Below are positions 26,592 to 37,664 of a stretch of 51,848 nucleotides of DNA, piece after piece. Source of the stretch: Minisyncoccia bacterium (GTDB lineage: Bacteria > Patescibacteriota > Minisyncoccia > Phycocordibacterales > UBA5272); contig JBDHUS010000002.1 of NCBI GenBank assembly GCA_039809325.1, forward strand, positions 1-51,848, read 5' to 3'. The notes under the pieces are model-generated. The model was not told the DNA's origin, ran no database searches, and saw nothing but the letters and a program-made list of their open reading frames with translations. The translations under genes and the position numbers were made by a program. Position 1 is the first letter of the stretch. Each line of letters begins with the position of its first letter.

Positions 26592-27815
26592 TTATTCAAA
26601 TATCTTAAATTCATTAAATACAGATCTGTATAATTCTAAAGTATTTCTTGCCATTCTGTCTGTTAGGATAAATTTTGATCCATCATGTGCTATTCTATTT
26701 CGCATTTTGTGAGCATTCCATGCAAGATCAATAGTGTTAAAATTAGCTTGTTTTAATTTATCAGACATAGTGAGTCCTTGATATCCTCTATCTATTAATA
26801 ATTCATCGAGTAAATTATCAGCTTCAAGTATTCCTATTCTCCACAAAGCCTCTTCTTTTCCTTCCATATATCCTACTATTATATTCCATCTATCTTTAAA
26901 CCAGTTTTTTCTTTCCTCTATTTGTATTAATCTTTTCTTTTCTTCTGCAGATATTTCTCTTTCTTTTTCTATAATATTTACTATTCCAGCTGGAGTATTT
27001 ACTTTCAATATTTGATTTTCTTTTTTTGGTATGATATTTTTCGTTTTATAATTTAATAAAATATCTTCTTTTTTATCTAAAATATCTATTTCATATCTAT
27101 CTAAATCATTCTCATCTATTGGTAAATTAGATATACCAGCTGGCATGCTATTTTCTATTTTCTGTTTCTTTACTTCTATTTTTCTTTCTTCTTCGTTTAC
27201 GTTTTTATTCACCTTAAACTCTTTTAATTCTAAAATCCTATTTTCTTTAATTTTTCTTTCTTCTTCTAACTTTTTTAATCTAATTTCCTCTTTTGATTTG
27301 AATACTGGCTCCATAACTAAGAAAAACCACCTAAAAATAATATAAATAAAAAGTAAAAGTAAGAAAAAAGTAAGAACAGAGAGCAGATCTGCAAAAAATG
27401 ATAAAATTGGATTTTGTATAGAAAATTTTAAATTAGAAAACCATGGATTATTATTTGTTTTATCTATAACAAATCCAACATCATTTGGATTAAAACTATT
27501 TTTATAAGAACTATTACTAGAAATACTTCCAACATTTTCGCCCCATCCAAAAATATTATGCTTTATTGTGCTCCACCAAGAAACTTTTTCTTCTCCGTTA
27601 TTCCCTAAATAAATAACATTAGAATTTGAATCTAAAAGACCTATATTAGAATCTATCCAACCTCTATCACGAAGCCCGTCATATGTGTCAAATTTATGAT
27701 CTTCAAGATATGCTCTTTTATCTATTCCCAAGATTAAGAACAAAATAGCATAACGAATAGCTAAAAATATATTATAAACAAAATTAAAAATGAAATCCAG
27801 ATTAAAGGAATACAT
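26592..27815 (-). CDS. two-TM membrane protein with C-terminal helical domain carrying an Rx4H (HEPN-like) motif
   Basis: 407 aa. TM1 is near residue 15 and TM2 near residue 140, followed by a K/E coiled coil. The C-terminal domain reads ALWRIGILEADNLLDELL...AWNAHKMRNRIAHDG. Confidence 0.5.
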   Translation of the reverse strand: MYSFNLDFIFNFVYNIFLAIRYAILFLILGIDKRAYLEDHKFDTYDGLRDRGWIDSNIGLLDSNSNVIYLGNNGEEKVSWWSTIKHNIFGWGENVGSISSNSSYKNSFNPNDVGFVIDKTNNNPWFSNLKFSIQNPILSFFADLLSVLTFFLLLLFIYIIFRWFFLVMEPVFKSKEEIRLKKLEEERKIKENRILELKEFKVNKNVNEEERKIEVKKQKIENSMPAGISNLPIDENDLDRYEIDILDKKEDILLNYKTKNIIPKKENQILKVNTPAGIVNIIEKEREISAEEKKRLIQIEERKNWFKDRWNIIVGYMEGKEEALWRIGILEADNLLDELLIDRGYQGLTMSDKLKQANFNTIDLAWNAHKMRNRIAHDGSKFILTDRMARNTLELYRSVFNEFKIFE

Positions 27816-27872
27816 ACCTTTTTATATAAAAATTATACCATATTAAAGATAATATATATGGCCTTAGAAGTA

Positions 27873-29330
27873 TTAACTATTTTGTATCTTTTTCTCTAAC
27901 TCTTTTGCTATAAAAAATAATTTTTTATCTTCTCCATTATTTGCAACTAAATGTATAGAGATAGGTAAATTGTTTTCATTAACATCCTCTCTTTTTTTAC
28001 TTGGAATAGCTATAGCTGGAGCACCTATAATATTTGCTGGAACAGTAAATATGTCTGCTAAATACATAGCAAGAGGATCATTCTTTTCTCCAAATTTCCA
28101 TGGAAACATAGCACTTGTTGGAGTCATAATAGCGTCAACCTCTTTAAAAGCTTTTTCAAATTGTGATTTTAATATATCTCTTGCTAAAACTGCCTTATTA
28201 TAAAAAGCATCGAAATACCCAGCAGATAGTATATATGTCCCGAGAAGTATTCTTCTTCTCACTTCATCACCAAGACCAGCACTACGAGAATTTATAAAAT
28301 TTTGTATTATATTTTCACCTTTAATTGAGAGGCCATATCTAACTCCATCATATCTACCCATATTTGAAGATACTTCAGCGGGACAAATAATATAATAAAT
28401 AGCTAAAGCTTTATTAATATCAGGTATATCTACATCTATAATCTCATATCCTATTTCTTTAAAATAATCTTTTATTCTATAAAAATTTTCCAAAATATCA
28501 TTATCAATATTTTTTAATGTATTTTGATCATTTAAAATTTTTGGTATTCCTATTTTTTTCTTTAAATCATTCTTTCTATTTCCTTCTACAAAATCATTTT
28601 TATCTCTAAACTCTTGATTCAAGCTTGTAGAATCATTTTTATCAAAAAAAGATATTAAATCAAATAATATTTCAGCATCTTCTACTGTATTTGCAAAAGG
28701 ACCTATTTGATCGAGTGATGAGGCCATAGCTATAAGACCATATCTTGAGACAGATCCATAAGTTGGTTTATATCCTACCAAATTACAAAATGCGGCGGGT
28801 AAACGAATAGATCCGCCTGTATCGCTTCCAAGGGCTAACGGTGCATACCCAGCCGATACTGCGGCTGCAGAGCCTGCAGAAGACCCTCCAGGAACTCTAT
28901 TTATATCTATTGGGTTTTTAGTCTTTTGAAAAGCAGAATTCTCACCTGAGGAGCCCATAGCGAATTCGTCCATATTAGCTGAAGCGAGAAGTATAGCTCC
29001 TGCCTCTTTTAATTTTTCTATAACACTTGCATTATATGTGCCAGTATAATTTTCTAACATTTTTGACCCAGCACTAACTATTTCATCTTTTATTAAAATA
29101 TTATCTTTTACAATTATAGGAATTCCTGTTAACTTGGTAGACCTGCCTTCATCAAGCATTTTTTGAGCATTTTTGATTTGAGAATTCAAAAATTCATCAC
29201 TATATATTCTTAAAATAGCTTTTATGTTTTCATCTTTCTTTTTTATTTCATCCAAACACTCGTCAACAACCTTACGAACGGTAGTTTCTTTTAGCATTAA
29301 TTTATTATAAATTTCTGATATTGTTTTCAT
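27873..29330 (-). CDS. gatA: Glu/Asp-tRNA amidotransferase subunit A
   Basis: 485 aa with the amidase signature GGSSAGSAAAV...GSDTGGSIRLPAAFC. Confidence 0.92.
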   Translation of the reverse strand: MKTISEIYNKLMLKETTVRKVVDECLDEIKKKDENIKAILRIYSDEFLNSQIKNAQKMLDEGRSTKLTGIPIIVKDNILIKDEIVSAGSKMLENYTGTYNASVIEKLKEAGAILLASANMDEFAMGSSGENSAFQKTKNPIDINRVPGGSSAGSAAAVSAGYAPLALGSDTGGSIRLPAAFCNLVGYKPTYGSVSRYGLIAMASSLDQIGPFANTVEDAEILFDLISFFDKNDSTSLNQEFRDKNDFVEGNRKNDLKKKIGIPKILNDQNTLKNIDNDILENFYRIKDYFKEIGYEIIDVDIPDINKALAIYYIICPAEVSSNMGRYDGVRYGLSIKGENIIQNFINSRSAGLGDEVRRRILLGTYILSAGYFDAFYNKAVLARDILKSQFEKAFKEVDAIMTPTSAMFPWKFGEKNDPLAMYLADIFTVPANIIGAPAIAIPSKKREDVNENNLPISIHLVANNGEDKKLFFIAKELEKKIQNS

Positions 29331-29366
29331 ATATTTCTTGTCCTTCTTGACTTTAGTTTTAAAGAA

Positions 29367-29720
29367 CTATTTTTTATGCTTATCTAAAACTTGAGAGACT
29401 TTTATAAAATCGCCTTCTATTTCTGGAGCATCAGCTAATAAAATTTTTATATAACTATTTGCCTCATTTAAAACATTATCTTCACGAGTGGTATTTTTAT
29501 TTATTGAATTTTCAAATTGTTTATCATAATTTACTCCACCAGAATTTTCTACTCCTTCACTAGCCATTTCGGAGACTTGCCCTACATATTCAAGAACTTC
29601 TTTCATTTGTCCTAAAAATGTATCTTTTTCTTCTTCAGTCAATGATAATTTTGAAAGCATAGCCACATTTTCCAAATCTTCTTTTTTGAATTCAATATTA
29701 GACATATTATTTATCTCCAT
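29367..29720 (-). CDS. gatC: Glu/Asp-tRNA amidotransferase subunit C (extended)
   Basis: 117 aa. LSKLSLTEEEKDTFLGQMKEVLEYV is the typical GatC core. It sits immediately upstream of gatA. Confidence 0.75.
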   Translation of the reverse strand: MEINNMSNIEFKKEDLENVAMLSKLSLTEEEKDTFLGQMKEVLEYVGQVSEMASEGVENSGGVNYDKQFENSINKNTTREDNVLNEANSYIKILLADAPEIEGDFIKVSQVLDKHKK

Positions 29721-29745
29721 AAAAATTATTTACCCTTTTTATAAA

Positions 29746-30000
29746 TTATTCTATGCTATCAATATGAATTTTCATATCAGAATAATTACCAGAATCTCCA
29801 ACAAACTTTATATTTTCCCCGAAATTTATATCTGGATTTAATCCCCCTTCACCATCTAAAAATGCTGCGATAGATTTTATTTGTCTACCTCCAAAAATAT
29901 TTCTAGGTAAATCTCCAAGTCTAATAAAACCATCCTTATCTACTTTATCTTTTATTTGATCTATTATACTTATAGGTTTTTTTACAAATTCTAATGACAT
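29746..30000 (-). CDS. hypothetical small protein
   Basis: 84-aa ORF packed between ligA and gatC with 25-27-nt spacers. No family recognised. Confidence 0.4.
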   Translation of the reverse strand: MSLEFVKKPISIIDQIKDKVDKDGFIRLGDLPRNIFGGRQIKSIAAFLDGEGGLNPDINFGENIKFVGDSGNYSDMKIHIDSIE

Positions 30001-30027
30001 ATATTTATAGCTATTTTAGCAAAAAAT

Positions 30028-32121
<2,094 letters not shown>

Positions 32122-32152
32122 TTAAAAATTATAACAAATTCCTAAAAATAAA

Positions 32153-32872
32153 TTAATCAGTAGAATATCTATATATTGTTCGAATAACTCTACCGTTATC
32201 ATTAGAATTGCAATTTGAATATCCTGTAGATGTTATAGAAAAAAATTCTGTCAGCTCAGAAAAATCACTCTTCTTTTTTGCTATTTCTACTAATATGCAT
32301 CTATTTATATTCTTATCTTTCAATATTAGTCCAAAAGTGGTGGTCGCATGATTTGAGTCTCCGATTATAGTGTAAGAAGATACTTCGTTATTTAAATTTT
32401 GGATTACAGCTTCTCTATTTTCTACATACCCCACATTATGCTGATCTATAGCTCCTACTTGAACAAAGATTTTATTGTAAGTATTATCATCACTAGCGCA
32501 AGTAAGATTATTAAGATTTGAAACTATACTTTTTACTGAGCTGGTTGCAAAGAATACTTTATTGTTTGCATTTTCTATAAAGTCAGAGTTGATGTTTTCA
32601 CTTCTTTTAGAATTAAGGATTAAAGATTCACCTATATTATTATCCCGTAAAACATTATCTATATATTCTGCACATTCTATACCACTATCTGCTGCAAAAT
32701 AAGAAGCTTTATTATTATCTGTCAATCTGGAAAAAAATAATTCTTTAGCAATAATACGCGAAACTGATAAAGAAACAACAAGTAATACAGACACTACAAT
32801 TAGAGTAAAAGCTACTATAAATCCTTCTTCATTTTTTGATAAAAAATTTAATTTTAAAAATTTATCTTTCAT
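32153..32872 (-). CDS. PilX-like minor pilus protein
   Basis: 239 aa. The hydrophobic N-terminus EGFIVAFTLIVVSVLLVVS is followed by SYFAADSGIECAEY, which resembles the PilX N-terminal domain. Confidence 0.6.
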   Translation of the reverse strand: MKDKFLKLNFLSKNEEGFIVAFTLIVVSVLLVVSLSVSRIIAKELFFSRLTDNNKASYFAADSGIECAEYIDNVLRDNNIGESLILNSKRSENINSDFIENANNKVFFATSSVKSIVSNLNNLTCASDDNTYNKIFVQVGAIDQHNVGYVENREAVIQNLNNEVSSYTIIGDSNHATTTFGLILKDKNINRCILVEIAKKKSDFSELTEFFSITSTGYSNCNSNDNGRVIRTIYRYSTD

Positions 32873-33536
32873 AAATATAATCTATAATATTTACATATTT
32901 ATCATCTATTCCATATATATATGATAACGCATATCTTGTTGAAACCTCTATTTTTAGAGAATTGTTTGTATTTTTTGTTAATTTAATTGATCTTTTAAAA
33001 AGATCATATATATCATTTCCACACAAGTAACCTATATTTGTATTTAATTTTAAATAGCAATTAATATAATCATCTGTAATTGCATCTAATGTATCATATC
33101 TGAATGAATTTTTATCCATATATATATATTCTTTATCTACTATATTATTTATTCTCTCCATAAATAATTTCCAAGCTATATCTCTATTAGTATAAAAAAT
33201 GTTACCCTCTGCATCTTTTAGATATGAAATATTTACAGATAAATTTGCTCCATTTTTTGTACAAAAAGCTGAGCTTATATCACCATAAGCATCATAATTT
33301 ATTTGTAAATCCATACAAGCAATAGCTATACCATCTCTAAACGCTCTTAAATCTTCTACTATCTCTTCTCCTAAATATGAAGCTATTACTCTATTTTTGT
33401 TATTCATAGTAATATTGATGGCATTAAGAGTTAAAGATAAAGGACCTAAAACTGCTATTAAAATTATAGCAATAGAAACTAATGATTCTATTAAAGTAAA
33501 AGCTTTTATTTTATTTTTAAAAATTATCAATTTCAT
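32862..33536 (-). CDS. type IV minor pilin (PilV-like)
   Basis: The likely start is the internal Met (MKLIIFKNKIKAFTLIESLVSIAIILIAV), which has a class III signal and the prepilin motif. The longer track ORF (to 33614) would overlap the upstream gene by 71 nt. Confidence 0.7.
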   Translation of the reverse strand: MKLIIFKNKIKAFTLIESLVSIAIILIAVLGPLSLTLNAINITMNNKNRVIASYLGEEIVEDLRAFRDGIAIACMDLQINYDAYGDISSAFCTKNGANLSVNISYLKDAEGNIFYTNRDIAWKLFMERINNIVDKEYIYMDKNSFRYDTLDAITDDYINCYLKLNTNIGYLCGNDIYDLFKRSIKLTKNTNNSLKIEVSTRYALSYIYGIDDKYVNIIDYIYER

Positions 33537-33543
33537 ATTTATT

Positions 33544-34224
33544 CTAATTATCAATACTTCTTTGAGATACGGATGTTTGTAAGAAAAGAGTCGTAGTAGA
33601 AAATGTTTCTCCACGAGATCCTTTTATAATATCTATAACACCTGATATATAGACTTCTATTTTTGGTTGAATAAAATCATTTGTTGGCCTATTAATACCT
33701 GATACTTTAAACCAAAACTTATCTACAATAAAGCCTCTAGTTGTGAGTGTCATATCGCTTGAATTTATCCTATTATATCTAGAAGTTAATCCAACTCGTT
33801 GATAAGAGACTTGATTTATAGTAGATGATGCAATATTATAATAATAAACTACTTTTAAAGAACTTGTAGACTGTGGAGTGAAAGCTATAGCATTACAAGT
33901 TCCTAAAATATTATTATATAAATCAATATTATTATCATACAAAATATTATATTTAGTATTAGATACTCTATTAAAGCTACCTTCTGTGCTATTATTAACA
34001 CATCCATAATTAGAGCCAAATTTTATCTCTCTTGATATTGTGTCTATTAGCATATTAATATTATCTACAGCTACTCTATTATTAGATATTCTCTTATATG
34101 CTCTTTGCGAAGAAAGTAATATAGATAATCCACCTACTGCCACAATAGCAAATATAGATGTTGAAATAAGAAGTTCAATAAGAGTAAATCCAGTATATTC
34201 TTTTTTAAAATAAAAATTTTTCAT
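33544..34224 (-). CDS. type IV minor pilin (PilW-like)
   Basis: The likely start is MKNFYFKKEYTGFTLIELLISTSIFAIV, which carries the G/FTLIE prepilin cleavage-methylation motif. Confidence 0.7.
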   Translation of the reverse strand: MKNFYFKKEYTGFTLIELLISTSIFAIVAVGGLSILLSSQRAYKRISNNRVAVDNINMLIDTISREIKFGSNYGCVNNSTEGSFNRVSNTKYNILYDNNIDLYNNILGTCNAIAFTPQSTSSLKVVYYYNIASSTINQVSYQRVGLTSRYNRINSSDMTLTTRGFIVDKFWFKVSGINRPTNDFIQPKIEVYISGVIDIIKGSRGETFSTTTLFLQTSVSQRSIDN

Positions 34225-34243
34225 ACTTTTATACTTTAATAAA

Positions 34244-34879
34244 TTAATTTTCACAACTTCCAAAACTAAAAGATATTTGTCCTATATAATAAATATCTAT
34301 TCTTCTTGTATCAGTTATACTTTCTGAGCCAACTTCTATACAAGCATGATTTATGGCATTATAAGATGGATATAAATCAGTATAATATGTAAGCCCATCA
34401 TCAGAATAAGAAAAATGAGCATAAGGTCTAGGCTTAATAAAATAAATAGCCAATTTGCCTTGCGGATATAGTTCTTTCGTACTACATCCATTTAAGCATA
34501 TTTTTTTTATTGAATTATTTAAATTAAAAATAAAATCATCTGTTGGTTTCATAGAATTCATAGAAGATAATTCTGATATATCAAAATCTCCTTCTTTTTT
34601 AAAAAAAGTTTCTATTTTTAATGGATTATTTAAATTAAAAAAAATACCATATCCAAGATTATTTATCATTGTATTTTGTAGAAAATTAGATGTTCTATTT
34701 TGCATATCTCTTATTTCTATTGCTATTGCTTCTGTATCAACTAATAAAGAATTTTTAGATTTATTAGTTTTATAATCTGACATAATAGTAATACTTCCTA
34801 AAATCGCTATTAAAGCCAAAACCACTATTATTTCTATCAATGTAAATCCTTTAAAATTTTTCTTTAATTTAAATCTCAT
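34244..34879 (-). CDS. type IV minor pilin (FimT/GspH-like)
   Basis: The N-terminus is MRFKLKKNFKGFTLIEIIVVLALIAILGS. Confidence 0.7.
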   Translation of the reverse strand: MRFKLKKNFKGFTLIEIIVVLALIAILGSITIMSDYKTNKSKNSLLVDTEAIAIEIRDMQNRTSNFLQNTMINNLGYGIFFNLNNPLKIETFFKKEGDFDISELSSMNSMKPTDDFIFNLNNSIKKICLNGCSTKELYPQGKLAIYFIKPRPYAHFSYSDDGLTYYTDLYPSYNAINHACIEVGSESITDTRRIDIYYIGQISFSFGSCEN

Positions 34880-34929
34880 ATGAATATAATATCATATTTA
34901 TATTAGAAGAAAATTAAACACAAAAATAT

Positions 34930-35766
34930 TTATCCAAAAAGCTGTATTAGTCCTAAAATATCTATTTGAAATATTGCTACTAATATTGTAGAAATCAATA
35001 TAAATGGAGCAAATGGAATAGATGATTTACGATTATATTTTTTGGGATATATTAAAATTAATAATAAAGAAATAATTGCTCCAAGCCAAATAGAAATAAA
35101 AAATATAGATAGTCCAAAAATAAATCCCGCCATATATCCTACACTTATATAAATAAGAACATCCCCAAAACCAAGTCCTCTTTTTTTAGAAAAATAATAA
35201 ATCAAAAAAAATGGTAAAGCTATTAAAACCCCAGAAAAAATATCTAACCAAAATAATGTATTAATACTCCCATAAAAAGATGAATAATTAAATATTCTAT
35301 AAACTTCAAATCCTAATCCTATTACTAATAAACTTAAAGTAAATCCTGTTGGTACTAATTTGTGTTTTAAATCATAAAAAATAATGACAAAAAAAATAAT
35401 AAAAAGTAATACACCTAAAATAGAAAATAATACTCCTGATAATATATTTTCTAATAAAAATGGAGCTGTGAAATATTTAATTAAATATAATTTATAAAAT
35501 ATAATAATAAATATCCCTCCTAATAATTCTAGCCACAACTTTTCTTTTCCTATTCTAACCTTACACTTTCTACATCTTCCTTTTAAAAATAAGTAGGAAA
35601 AGACTGGTATAGTCTCATACCAGTCTAGTTTCCTATTACAAGAATCGCAATTACTTCTTCCTCCTATAAATGACTTTATATATAGTCTATCTATCGCGAC
35701 TCCTACAAAACTTCCTAAAGCTCCACCAAATAAGAAAAGTAATAGATAATATATGAAATTAATCAT
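34930..35766 (-). CDS. pilD: prepilin peptidase (A24 family)
   Basis: 278 aa, polytopic. It has an N-terminal Cys4 motif (CDSCNRKL...CRKC) and the catalytic-Asp motif GLGFGDV. Confidence 0.88.
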   Translation of the reverse strand: MINFIYYLLLFLFGGALGSFVGVAIDRLYIKSFIGGRSNCDSCNRKLDWYETIPVFSYLFLKGRCRKCKVRIGKEKLWLELLGGIFIIIFYKLYLIKYFTAPFLLENILSGVLFSILGVLLFIIFFVIIFYDLKHKLVPTGFTLSLLVIGLGFEVYRIFNYSSFYGSINTLFWLDIFSGVLIALPFFLIYYFSKKRGLGFGDVLIYISVGYMAGFIFGLSIFFISIWLGAIISLLLILIYPKKYNRKSSIPFAPFILISTILVAIFQIDILGLIQLFG

Positions 35767-35771
35767 GAAAA

Positions 35772-36365
35772 CTATCCTCTAATATCGTAAACACATTTTG
35801 AAACATCTGTAGCACAAAGCTCATCTGTATCTTGTGATCTGTCTGTGAAGAAAGCTTCTGTTCCATTTATCGCCTCCACTTGAGAGTCTGTGTGTACCCC
35901 TGTTGCACCTATAGCACAACTTGAAGTAGCGTTACCGTAGCCAGCACAAGCTGCTGTTCCAGTTAATGCTGGACTATTTGTTTCTAAATGTGTATATAAA
36001 TGAAATCCTACAACCTCCCCAGAATTTACATATGATGTGTAATTGTATTTATTCATATTAAGAGCAGGGCGATCTGTTGGGCTAGTTCCTATATTGCTAT
36101 TTGCTGGTAATTTATCTGCTGGTTGATTTTGTTGTAAAACATATAAATTGGTAGGAAATCTTCCATTGTGTGAATCTGCATACAAAAGTAATGCTGAATA
36201 AATATTTTTCATTTCCACAATCTTTTGTGCATCACGTCCTTTTCTTCTTGCTGTTTGAAAAGGAGCGTATACTATAGCTCCAAGAATACCAATAATAGCT
36301 ATCACCACAAGGAGCTCGATAAGGGTGAAACCTCTTAAATTATTTTTTTTCATATTTTTTATCAT
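35772..36365 (-). CDS. major type IV pilin
   Basis: 197 aa. The leader MIKNMKKNNLRG is followed by FTLIELLVVIAIIGILGAIV. The C-terminal half is Gly/Ala/Thr-rich with two Cys pairs (CAGYGNATSSC, CATDVSKC). It sits directly between pilC and pilD. Confidence 0.85.
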   Translation of the reverse strand: MIKNMKKNNLRGFTLIELLVVIAIIGILGAIVYAPFQTARRKGRDAQKIVEMKNIYSALLLYADSHNGRFPTNLYVLQQNQPADKLPANSNIGTSPTDRPALNMNKYNYTSYVNSGEVVGFHLYTHLETNSPALTGTAACAGYGNATSSCAIGATGVHTDSQVEAINGTEAFFTDRSQDTDELCATDVSKCVYDIRG

Positions 36366-36439
36366 ATTAATTAATGATGATTTAATTATATCAAAAAGAA
36401 AATTATATTAATATTAAACTCCTAAAGACTTGTGGAAAA

Positions 36440-37660
36440 CTATACATTCGTAACAACAGAAAACATTGGTATTAAAATAGAAGCGAGCAAAAATCCAACT
36501 CCACCAGCCAAACATATTATAAGTGCTGGCTCAATAAGAGCAAGTGTTGTGTCTATTGCCGTCTCTACCTCTCTTTTATAATAGCTAGAAAGACTTCTTA
36601 AAATATATCCTAATTTACCAGTCTCTTCTCCTATTTTGGTCATTTGAACTAATATATTTGGCAATTCCTCTTCTTCATAAAATGATTGGGATAAGGATTT
36701 TCCTGTTTTTACTTTTTTGGCTATTCTAATCAACATATCTTTATAAACTATATTATCAACAACATCTGAAGTGATTTCTAATGAGCGAACTATTTGCACT
36801 CCTGAAGTAAGCATTGTGTCTAAGTTATCTGTTAATCTAGAAAGAAAGATTTTTTTATATAAAGCACTAAATACTGGTAATTTTAATTTGAAATAATCAA
36901 CATATTGTTTACCTGACTCTGTCTTACTTAAATTATATAAATAATATCCAAAGAAAGCTGCGACTAGTATTATCAATACTCCGTATTTTTGACCAATATT
37001 ACCCATAGCTAAAACTATTTTTGTAATCATTGGTAATTCTTGTCCTTCACTAATAAGCATTTCTGAAAGATTTGGTATAACAAATACTATCATAGCTATC
37101 ATAACCATGATAAATGTAGAAGTTACAAATATTGGATATATTGAGGACTTTTTCAGTTTTTGGGTTAAGTCAAAATTTCTATCTAAATAATCTGCAAGAT
37201 AGTTAAATGATTCATCTAATTTACCTGACTCTTCACCTGCTTTAATCATATTAGAATAAAAAGTTCCAAAAATACTATCATATTTCCCCATCGCAGAAGA
37301 TATAGAAAGTCCTGCTTGAACATCATCAGCTATCGCATTTAAAACTTTCTTTAATTCAGGATTTTGAGTTTCTGTTGCTACCAATCTAAAACTACGAAGA
37401 GCTGATATACCAGATTCAAAAAGAGTTGCAATTTGCCGAGAAAACACAACAACATCTTTTTCTTTTATTTTTTTTTTAAAAAAATTAAAATGAAATCCAG
37501 TAGTTGGAGAAAAAGTATTTTTCTCTTCAAACTCTTCTACTGAGACTATAATTAATTGTCTATCTTGTAAAATACCAATAGCATCATCTTCATTAATGGC
37601 TTCTATTTTGCCTTCTAATCTAGTTCCGTCACTTTTTATAGCCTTATATTTAAATAACAT
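36440..37660 (-). CDS. pilC: type IV pilus platform protein PilC (GspF family)
   Basis: 406 aa with two GspF repeats (FSRQIATLFESGISALRSF; FLSRLTDNLDTMLTSGVQIVRSL) and 3 TM segments. Confidence 0.9.
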   Translation of the reverse strand: MLFKYKAIKSDGTRLEGKIEAINEDDAIGILQDRQLIIVSVEEFEEKNTFSPTTGFHFNFFKKKIKEKDVVVFSRQIATLFESGISALRSFRLVATETQNPELKKVLNAIADDVQAGLSISSAMGKYDSIFGTFYSNMIKAGEESGKLDESFNYLADYLDRNFDLTQKLKKSSIYPIFVTSTFIMVMIAMIVFVIPNLSEMLISEGQELPMITKIVLAMGNIGQKYGVLIILVAAFFGYYLYNLSKTESGKQYVDYFKLKLPVFSALYKKIFLSRLTDNLDTMLTSGVQIVRSLEITSDVVDNIVYKDMLIRIAKKVKTGKSLSQSFYEEEELPNILVQMTKIGEETGKLGYILRSLSSYYKREVETAIDTTLALIEPALIICLAGGVGFLLASILIPMFSVVTNV

Positions 37661-37664
37661 AATT

